A DNA stretch of 64,000 nt. Source: Bispira polyomma (taxonomy: Eukaryota). Each line of letters starts with the position of its first letter. Positions within the stretch are counted from its first letter, which is position 1. The notes under the pieces were generated by a model. That model was not told the DNA's origin. It saw only the letters and a list, made by a program, of their open reading frames with translations, and did not search any database. The stretch lies in NCBI GenBank assembly GCA_965649765.1, contig OZ287754.1:37510001-37574000 (forward strand). Direction: 5' to 3'. Position numbers and translations under genes: made by a program. Shown here one piece after another: positions 40,762 through 51,333 of the stretch.

Positions 40762-43700
40762 ATGAAGATTCTGTGTTTGCTGATTTTAGCAGCCAGCTGT
40801 GGTAAGATATTTAAGTTCTTTCTGTGTAAGTCTGCATACATTATTTTTATTATCCACTCGGCCATGAAATATGATGTTTTGATGTGCAATACAGAAAGGG
40901 TGATAAAATGTGTTTTATTATTTGCTGTGACATAATTATGACATTTTCGTGGTTGATACGGGCCTGGTGATAACATGAACTGTATCACTTGGCGGCACCT
41001 GTAAAAATGCATTTGACAACTGTAGGTAGTCACAGTAATTTCAAAGGACTTGTAACAACATATTGGTATATTAAACTTGATTTTTACTTTTTTATGAATA
41101 CAAATTTGAAGCTAATTCTTTATGGTTATTACTCTGTTTTTTTCTGTTTTCTGTTCTTTTTGAATCTATATGATCATTATAATTACATTTTATAACTGGA
41201 TAATAAAAGTAAAACAACCGTTGTGGTGTGCATATTGAAAAAAATGTATAACTCCGGGAGATAAGACAAGCAATACTCGCTCTACCAGGCTGTGAAAGTA
41301 GTGTTTTATCGTCTCTCATCATATGTATTTTTAATATACACCACATTGGCCCGTTAATATGATGATAATAAAAAATGTAATATTTACCAGTTTTTAGAGT
41401 TAAATTTATTCACTATTTCAACACAAACCTAACCACAAATAAACATTACATCAACTAGAAACCTTAAGCAATATACTTTGATACTAAATTCCGGAAATTT
41501 TAATACTTTCTTAATATGTGTTTAAAGTTTATTCTTTAAGGTACCAACTTCAGATTTGCGTTGTGATGGACTGGAAGGTTTTAAAACGTCAACAAAAACT
41601 TATATATGTACAATATATACAGCATATTTTCAATATTTTCGTATTAAAGTTAGTGATAAAGTGGATAATAAAAGTCAAACAACCCTTGTGCTGTGCATTA
41701 CTGGGCGAGTAATGTGCATTTGTTTTTTTGAGTCATATACTGTTTTAATATACTACCCATCGCCAATTCTGAACGGAAGGTTGACAATTCTGAACAATTC
41801 AAATAGTTATTCAAAAACTGCACCTTATAAATTTCACATATGTGACCATTGTCAGTGCAAAAAATGGTATATCACGGTTCAAATGAATATGTAATGGTAA
41901 CAATCGTTCAGAAGAATTCCCATCGGCCATGACAAGGGTAGGTTTACTATTGTATTTAAACCTATAGTCAGTGGTTGGTATTTAAAGCACTAAGTAAAAT
42001 GCTCTTGTAATAAATCATTGTTCCCCAAGTGTATTACATTGTTTTTGTATGGTACAGAACCAAGTAATGACCTTAATATTAAGTGGTTATTAGACCTACT
42101 ATTTGTGTATTTGCACCTCCAAGACCGAGATCAAACTCTGGTCCTATGTGTTCTTGAATCGGCATTTAACTCATCATCTAATCAGTTTAACACTATTTTA
42201 TTTTTTGTGTATGTTGTAAACATTATCTGATCAGTTTAGCACTCTTCTGTGTTTCTTGGAGGGTTTGTAAACATTATCTGATCAATTTATCACTGTTTTT
42301 CCTTTCTATCCTGTTTTATAAACATTATCTGATCAGTTTAGTACTGTTTTGTATTTCTATGCTGTTTTTAAACATTATCACACTGTTTTGTTCTTTTTTT
42401 GGGTGTTTTGTTAACAATGTCCAACCAGTTAGGCGATGTTTGCTTTTTTATGTAATTTGGAGTTGTTTTAATAGCCCAGACAAACCCTTCCCCATCTGTT
42501 AGAGTTGTTGTTTGCCAACCATTTCTGCCTGTGTTTCAGCCATCAGTCTGGGCTACCATTCTCAACAAAGGACCAGTTGTGGTGCCTGTGAAAACCATCA
42601 TGCCCGAAAACATGATATGTCAGTCAATAAGTGTGGATGTTGCCCGAAGCCTTGCTGCTGCAAGTGTGTGCAAATACCAACCGATCCTGGAGGTAATGCC
42701 TTTAAATAGTTGACTTCTTAAAAACTAAATATAGAATATTGGCTGATACAATTTACAATATTTCCAGTGTTAGAAGTCATCCTAACTTTGTACAAGCATT
42801 TAACAGTGAATGCCTCAGACGAGTTCTAATTCCTTTATATTCAATCTACCTGTAATAACATAAGTTATTTTATTAGAATCCGTCTTGTGACTGGATTGTC
42901 TACTAATATCCTGTACATCGTGAGCATACAGGTGCATCATAGGCATATAATTTGTAAATTTAGTCAGATTTTACTTCGCTTTTAACAGCTTAGGTCATAT
43001 TGTAACAGCGGTGAACAGCCAGATTTAATAGTGGAAGAAACCAGTGCTGAAGTACTGTAAAACACCGACCTATGCCAAGTACCTGACAAACTTTCCCACA
43101 TGAAGCAACAAATGAGATCCAGACTTGCATTGTTGAAATACCATTGAAAGTGAAGCAAGTGGTTCTAACCACTAGGCCACCACGACCACCTATAGGCCTA
43201 CAAGCGTACCATGCAGTGAAAGCACCAGAATTAGTTCTAACTGTTAAATATTGCACAAGCATGGCAAGTCAGTCATGAAGGTTAAATTGAAAATTGTTTC
43301 AGAAATACCAATCATAGCTTAGAATGCTTAAGCATCACAACCAATAGCTCACCTTAATAGTAATACGGTTTCCCGCCTTTTCTTCTATATTAGCATTAAT
43401 TAGTTGCAAGTCAATGAAGCAACACACGAAAATTTAACCAACTTAAGTGATTGAGAAACACAGGTACAGTGATAGTACTGGAATAAGTTCTATCTGTAAA
43501 ATAAGAGACACACCATACATACTCGGTTTGACGCAGATTTGTATTAGTTTACTGTATATTTTTCTCAGAGGGTATGAGGATTTAGGAGGTAAAGTGTTCT
43601 TCAAGGAATAACCCCTTATTGGAGGAATATAAATACATATCCATCCCAAGGTTTAAGTGGGTTTCTGACAGAATAAAAATATAAGTGCATTTAAAACTGA

Positions 43701-46700
43701 ATCATGTTTCTCGAGGAACTATATATATTGGCACCTATATACTATATGGAGGAAAATGGCAGTGGCTGTTCCTACATTTAATCCCATCTAATAAAAAAAT
43801 GCACACAAATATTAATGATAAGTGTTATCCAGTAGATTCCATTTATTTCCTATAGTCACTGTTTTCCGTTAATGCATTGCTAAATCTTCTTAGATTAATT
43901 AATCTTCTGAAACATTAATATCTTTATATATTACAAATCAGGCTTTTAATTATTTCTGAAGTGAAATAAATTGTGAAAACAAAAACAAGAAGGTGGTCAC
44001 TATAATAGTATATCTGTATTTACAAATTACTGCATAATATTTTGCTCACCTTAACATGGGCATAAAACAGTTGAAAGTATTTAAATTGAATTGTGTCATT
44101 CAATAAAAATAGCTTATTTCTGTAATATTACAGGCTGTTAAATAAATTTGGCAGTAAACTTGCTGAAAGTCAAGGTGGTTTGCCATTCAGAAATCTTTAT
44201 CAACTTCTCTATTCTGATTTCCTTTACCAGTAAACCTCCCATTGCAATATAATAAGCAGTAGTAAATATAATGGTATATTTTCCCCTTTCCTCATAAAAA
44301 TTGGTCAAGTTCTGCTTTTAAATCCTTACTAAAATGACATTGAGTAAATTTTTCTTGTTAAAAACTATTCAAGAAGGACTTTGATAAAGACGCCTTGCAA
44401 TTGACATAGTAACTAAACCATTAAACTTCAATTTCGATTTTCCCGAATAAATAAGATTTTCTAATATCTGTGTGGGGGTCACTTACTATCATCACTATAG
44501 AACAACAAAACCAACAAGAGGTAGTGTTATGATAAATGTAAATTTGCATTTATATAGAGCTTGCCTTTAAAGCGCTGTTTTCAGTTTACACTCCCAGCCT
44601 GGGTTCTGCCAACGGTCAACCCCAATTGTTTACTCTCAGTTCCTCAAGGGAGCAAACTAGCCATGCCACATATGGTGCACAAAGACTAACATTTATACAC
44701 CTGGGTGGAGAGGGACAACTTTGTGTAAAGTACTTTGTCTAAGGGTACAACCTCCAAGCCTGCAGCGTGGATCTAACCTGGACCCTCAGATCCCTCAGAT
44801 CCAAATCTGACACTCTTACCATATGAGTACACAATACATCATCTAGGGATAATGCAGTGGTTTTTGAATAGGGTTCAATGGTAAAACCAATTTCCTGAGA
44901 ATAATGATTACCAATTTAAAATTTGGAAAAAAAATTTATAAACAGAAGCAATAAAGAGCATTGTTTTAATATGGGGTGTATAGTGACTTAGTTCAAATAA
45001 CGACAAAATTAACCATATAGTTGTGTACATTATGTATCATGTTGTTTTTGTCACTGTACACAGAATGCCACATGGTACTAGACTTGATGTGGATTGTTGA
45101 CTCGAGTAACTCCATAGGATCTGATTGGATTTTCGTACAAAATTTTGTCAAGGCAGTTACAGGCTCACTCAGTGATCTTGGTTCAGATCAACTGGTAGGA
45201 ATATTGTTAACATAAAAGATAAAAGTAGTTGATTCCAACCTTTGCAATTTTTGTAAGCAACATCCAGATTCTATTTACCACCTTTTGACTCAGTGCACTT
45301 ACGTGGACAAATTGTGAAAAAATATATTAGATTGGATGTTGAATAAGTTGACTCTTAAAATAGAGCTTTGCGATTCTAGAAAAAATTGTATATGGTTTTC
45401 TGAATTTACTTTTACCTATATATCTATCTGCTTATCATTTTACACGTGGGTAATACTTTTACAATTTTAAATATATTTGATAGTTTGACCCTTTTTTTCA
45501 TCAGTAAATATTATTTTGTTTAATTCTATTATTTGATTTTTGCATCAGGCTGCTCTGGTATGCTATGGTAATAGAAGCCCCATGCCTCTGAAACATTGGT
45601 GCTTTGGAGGTACAGAGACTAATAATATTGGCAACTTTAACTCTGCTGTCATGGGTTTAGACCTAAAAAAAGGAAACACAAATACAGCGGATGGCATAGA
45701 CCAAGCCCTGTTATGCTTGGGATCTGGAGAAGATAGGTAATGTTTAATAGATCTAATAAAGGGTTAATTTACTGTCATAGACACTCGTCCCCCTTTGATT
45801 TAGAATGCACATGGTTATTGTTGGACAAAAGAATCAAATCTGGCCTCTTCTCTTTGCAAATTTGGTACAGATATGTCCAGTAAATTTCAACAACAAATTA
45901 GAAATAATTGAATATTTGTGAGTCAATATCCAACATAACCTATGATTGATCATGATATCTGGCAATGACTCAGCGGGCATTGATATGATACACATCGATG
46001 AGCAATAGCTGTCCTTAATTTGATAATAAATGATTAAACTATAATAAACTTCTATTTGTCAACCTTCTGTATCCTCAACAAAGATTCTTTTAGATATTTC
46101 CCACAGTAAGGTTCTATACATTTGTTTTTCATGCTTCACCCATGAATCACCAATACAAAAGTCTGTCCAGCAAAATTATTAGCTTAATTTATATTTGATG
46201 TGCCTCTACATATTTAGATAACACTATCGAACAGTGTGTAATGTTGTGAAAATATTTTAATTATTATGCTAAAGTATATTTTCCAGGGTTGAAGCACCCA
46301 ATGTCTGCATTTTAATGACTGATGGCAAGTCAAATGATCGTACAGAAGACCTTCCAGCTTTAGCTGTAGACCTAGACATTAAGTGCAATGGCAAGTAAGT
46401 GACTTTCACAATATATAATGTATGTAAGTTCACTTTAATGGTGTTTGACAATTGCAGAGTTGGCAAGATGTAAAATCTTGAAAAAAATCTGCGGTGTAGT
46501 AGTATGCTGCCATGGTGAGTTTGGATCTCAGCCGCTGATTTGTATGTGGAAAGTTGGCAGCATACTTGCTGAAGGACAGGATTTTGCAGAACAAAAAACC
46601 TTTACTGACTAACATGTTCTTACTTCCTCCACCAGTAGACTGACCAACGTGATATGACACAAAATGTGTTAAATGCAATGTTAAGCTGAATCTAAACTAA

Positions 46701-48429
46701 ACACAAGGTAAAAACGGAAAACTACAGCTAGTGGATGGACACTGTGTATTTTTTTTTGGGGGGGGGGCTGCTTACTGTCATCGGTCTATCAGCTGTCTCC
46801 TTTAGATGACACTGTTACCCCATTATCCTTTTTAACAAAAATCTTTCTGATCCATTGACTATAATTTATCGATGATTGTGTTTTTCCATAACAGTCTCAT
46901 CTTATATATAAGAGACTTTGACAATATGCCTACTGTGTATACAGATGGCCTTTTAAATTGTCCAACTGCTTTCCTAATAGGTGTTGTAATATACCATAGG
47001 TAAATTGTAAAAAGTAGGGTCACAATAACCACAAAAATGGTGTCACAAAATTACTACCTTTCCATATGAGTCACACCAACTCAGTATTGTGTTTTTATTC
47101 CAGTGTATTAGTTATTGGTGTGACTGATGACGTGGATGCTACTGAACTTCTGGTAATTGCTAATAATAAGATTGAGAGGGTGATTACAGTTCCTAGTTTC
47201 CCTGAACTGATAGGAATGCTGGACGATGTTATAAAGGTAAGAGTGATTACTTAGTATGATGATTGAATGCATATTTCTATTGTTTATTGTATACACTATG
47301 CTGTTAAATATATATAGTGTATATGATCACAAATACACATGTAAATCGAACATCTCCTATTATATCATCATGTATATACATTTTCACTGAATGCCCATAT
47401 AGACATTTAATATATGTTCCATTTAGTTATGATGTAGTCAAGATATTTATATATTTTAATGTGTTTTGGTTTCAGGAAATTTGCCCTGAACCTCAATTCG
47501 AGGAAGAATGCTGTGAGTAGAATTAATATAAATATGTTAAATACTGAATGCAGATTTTACTATTTGAAAAGTATCAAACAAATGGAAGGACAATCCTCTA
47601 AATTTCAGCTTTTTGTACACAGAGGGTTTGTATATACATATTCTGAATATAGCGAGATTTTCTATTGTTTTTCTTTTGTCTAGAATTTGTCTGCAGACAA
47701 TGTACATAACCTGTGTGTACTATATATTTTATTCAGACTCTTACATTTTACAAGGTACATGCTGTAATGGTCAAGTTAGTTTAACTGCTTTATTTTATTA
47801 GAAGACATGACACCCACATAAAATTGCTATACACCTGGTCTTACTATTACATAACATGCCTTCATATGAGAACTGCCCGCCATTCTCTATAGTTTACAAC
47901 GTACAATTGGTTGGCTTTGCTGAGGATTATGTGTGACTCATACCACTTACCACTACCATGTAATAAAAATATTAATTAAAGCATTTATAGAGCACCTAAC
48001 TGTTGAAAACATCCTGTAAGGTGCTGTTATCCAAATAGGGAAGGTGCAGGCGCAAGCACAATGTTGTTACCAAAAGCATCAGAAAAGAAAGTAAGGATTT
48101 AGTGGTCCAGATAGTTTAACTACTTTGTTTACATTGTTTACAATGTGTTACATACCATGTCTTTAAAGATCAACAAGATCACTAAAATACTGGGCTTATC
48201 ATACACTGAGCCTATAGTATTACAATGAGTACGGTATTCAATCAGACTTTAATCTCTTTTCTTCAATCTGTTTTCAGTTTGTTGCTGTCCCCCTCCTCCA
48301 ATGATTGAGACACACAGCCATCCCTACTCGCCGTATGGTTACCAACACCAACCCTATTCCTACCCTCATTGTCCTTATCCATATCCTCTTCCACCTTACC
48401 CATATCCTTCTCCACCCCAACCATACTAA
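40762..48429 (+). CDS. Secreted Cys-rich single-VWA-domain protein, paralog 2 (313 aa, 8 coding exons)
   Basis: join(40762..40801,42540..42692,45064..45194,45549..45736,46287..46394,47104..47236,47476..47512,48278..48429) = 942 nt, GT-AG introns, same phases as paralog 1. Signal peptide MKILCLLILAASCAISLG; CGAC-x14-CGCCPKPCCCKC; VWA LDLMWIVDSSNSIG...TNT...VCILMTDG...VLVIGV; CFCCC followed by a Pro/Tyr/His-rich tail. Confidence 0.92.
42170..42430 (+). repeat. ~51-bp minisatellite in intron 1 of paralog 2
   Basis: CATTATC recurs at 42221, 42272, 42323 and 42373. Confidence 0.75.
42958..43186 (-). mobile_element. SINE family B copy in intron 2 of paralog 2
   Basis: GCTTTTAACAGCTTAGGTCATAT...CTAACCACTAGGCCACC (reverse-complement A box). 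Confidence 0.65.
44525..44822 (-). mobile_element. tRNA-derived SINE, family A
   Basis: Reverse complement of the 5432-5710 head and core. Confidence 0.7.
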
Positions 48430-49734
48430 CAGAGCTCTTCATACGTGCAAAGTTAGTTTAACATTGGAAATGTTGATATTTTAATTTTTAATTGTATTCT
48501 TAGCAGTATTACAATAATATCTTGTGATAAATCAATTTTAACAAATAATAAGTCACATTAAGAGTTATGTGTGAAACATTTGCCATGTTGTTTTTGTAAT
48601 TGTAGAATTTGATATGGCACATTAAGATGGAACTGAAAATTATCAATAGATTATTGGATGTATTTGGGAGAGTTGGAGAATTCTAGTTACTGAAATGTCA
48701 AATTTACCGAATAAAACTACCTAAGCTTTGCATTTTGTTTTATTTATAAATCACAAATGTGAATTTTTATATTAGGATGTAATTGTACTTAGTTTCCCAA
48801 TTTCTTTAAAAATACTGGTATTCACCATAATATGTCTTTGTTTGAATGTAGCATCCCCAATTTCAACATTCCACCTTAGTGTTCTTCAGTGGATCTTGTT
48901 CATTTATTACATCTTGATTTAAATTAATAGTATGTCTATATTGAATTCATCTATCATGAATGAGTTGAGGTTTAAAACTACAACGAAATAATAATACTAT
49001 ATAAATGCATTATGATGTGGATACATGACTTCTAAGTATAAAGACCTTCTGATGATAGATATTCTACACATCACAGGCAACCCACAGCATTTCATTTGAC
49101 AAGGTGCAGTACTTAAGGAAATAAAAAAACTGTTTTGTGCTGCCCATCAAAGTGCTGTTCTTTGTCTACATTACAGAGTGGTTAAGCTACTGTTGTGTTA
49201 AAGATATTTATTATTTACCTATGCCAGGAGGTCTACGATTTTACCCGTGTTGGTTGGTTTGTTTGTTGGCGTGTTTGTTAGCAGGATTATACCAAAACTA
49301 CTACACCGATTATTACCAAATAAAATACATAATTAATACTAATAAAATAATAAACCAGACAAATAGAAAATCACAACCAAAGCTAAACTGGTAAAAATTA
49401 TTTTAACAATGTTATTATATTTTGCAATAAACTTATCTTCTGCAATTCTAAATCTAGTGACGACATTTGCACCTCACAATCATACACAAAATCAGGCCTC
49501 AGATGTGCTGTAGATTTTACCCTGGTTGACCTACGAGGGACAGCAACTGGTGAGATAGAGACTAAACTCTGATCTGAGACTTACTACGACTATTGTCACC
49601 CAATGAAGACAACTGATTTTGATCATTCTTACTTGATAATGCCGATTAGGGGTGGAGAGATATAGATAGGCCAATAAAAAACAGCATTATATTTTAATTA
49701 GTACACATACCACCAGCAAAGCTATGCAGGACAA

Positions 49735-49957
49735 TGCATAGCATGACCCAACAGGGGTCTGCTACTTCAGTTCTACCACAGAAAATTTATATGACTACCT
49801 TAACCCCTAGAGATTGATTCTATCACTACAAATTATTCACCCAACCGTGAATAACATACTCTAGCCAATCAGAAGCTCTCCCTCTTAAAGTGGCCACGTT
49901 TTCTGTAGAGATCTTCCATTTTGGAACCAGATTCAGCAGTATTAACACGGACATTTT
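49735..49957 (+). repeat. Split direct repeat A1 (223 bp)
   Basis: Matches 55370-55592 with 2 substitutions by eye; contains AGCCAATCAG (CCAAT box). Confidence 0.95.
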
Positions 49958-50078
49958 ACAGCCAAGTTTATGAAGGCTCTGCTGAATCTACATTTTAGTA
50001 TTTTAGTTTTTATCTTTTAAGTTTGTTTTTAAGTATATACTACTTCTTTTACGTGTTATTATATCCATTTGTGTTATT

Positions 50079-51225
50079 ATGGGAAGGACGGCTGAACGTC
50101 AGTGCAAACACCCCAAGAAAACTCCTGCAACGGAGGGTAGAAAACCTGCAAGAAAGAGCACAGTAAAAAAGGCAAGAGTTGGTAAGAACACTCGCATAGA
50201 TGATAGTATTATTACAGACCCCAGTGGTCTGTTTGACCAGGTAGAATCCATTCACTCGTCTCCACCTACCCGCTTACCACAGTCGAGTCAGGCCGAGTTA
50301 TCCTGCCGAGACTCTGAGATGTTGTCAATATTAAAACGATTAGAAGAATCAAACGCATTATTAACACAAAGGTTAGATCGCGTAGAGGCCAGGGACTCCA
50401 GCATCCAGACAGCGTCTCCGTGCTTACACCCGCCTCGCCTTGGTTCACAGGCCGTGTCAGCAAGTAACACCACAGTTCAACCGAGTCTGGCAGCAGCCAC
50501 CTCACTCACACGTTCAGACTACTCAACGGACGCCATTGTACCGAAGATAGATGTCTTGAAAGCCCTGCCGGATGTCCAGGCGATGGTCAACGAAAGACTG
50601 GCAGAATATAATCTCCAAGCTCAGGCTGCGTTTACACAAGGTAAGGCTGCTCTTAGACAGAAGTCGGGAAGGTTTAACACGACGGACATACCTACTAGCA
50701 ACCCAAAAATAAGATGGGCAAACGAGGGCTGGACGGGCAGCTCTGCGCGCAAACGATTACCGTATGACGACTTATCCCTCCCACAGTGGGCATCTGGCCA
50801 GTTGGCCAATGCTCTACAGGTCACAGACCCGACTGTTTCCAGAGAAATCATTCAACAGGTGGTTTTGTCATTGAAGGACGCCGCCACACTACCATGGGAA
50901 GTCGTTCGAACGGCTTGGGCACTAAACATGACAGAAGTCGAAGAGGGTAGACTGTCCTGGGGTGACACGACGCAGTGGGCCCTTAATCGCCTTAGTGCTT
51001 CACAGCTGGCTATGGTGAATTCGAAAGCCAACCACGGTTCGTCTACTCATTTGTAAATTATATAATTCTGGAAAATGTGTACACAAAGCCGATCACAACC
51101 AATATAAGCACGTATGCTGGTACTGCGCCACAGTACTCCACAAAGACGTTTACCACCCGGAGTTCAAGTGTTATAAGTCCAACTCAGCTAAGCAAGCAGA
51201 GTCAGGATCACTTTCCAACCAATAG
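50079..51225 (+). CDS. Retrotransposon gag-like ORF1 (frameshift between 51019 and 51054)
   Basis: 325-aa ORF 50079-51056; the Cys/His knuckle CKLYNSGKC...HVCWYC...HPEFKC continues in the +1 frame to TAG at 51223-51225. Confidence 0.85.
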
Positions 51226-51333
51226 GACATCGACCAACTGCCAGTTCAAGGTACATTTCGTCAGAACAGTGAAAACAAAGTAAAATGTAAAAATCTTAGA
51301 AATCAAAGTAATACAGGTGTAACTACACCGAGT

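Noticed and set aside
40663-40935. 90-aa ORF (and 61092-61298) as a stand-alone gene
   Set aside because: Only MKILCLLILAASC is coding; the rest is promoter, 5'UTR and intron.
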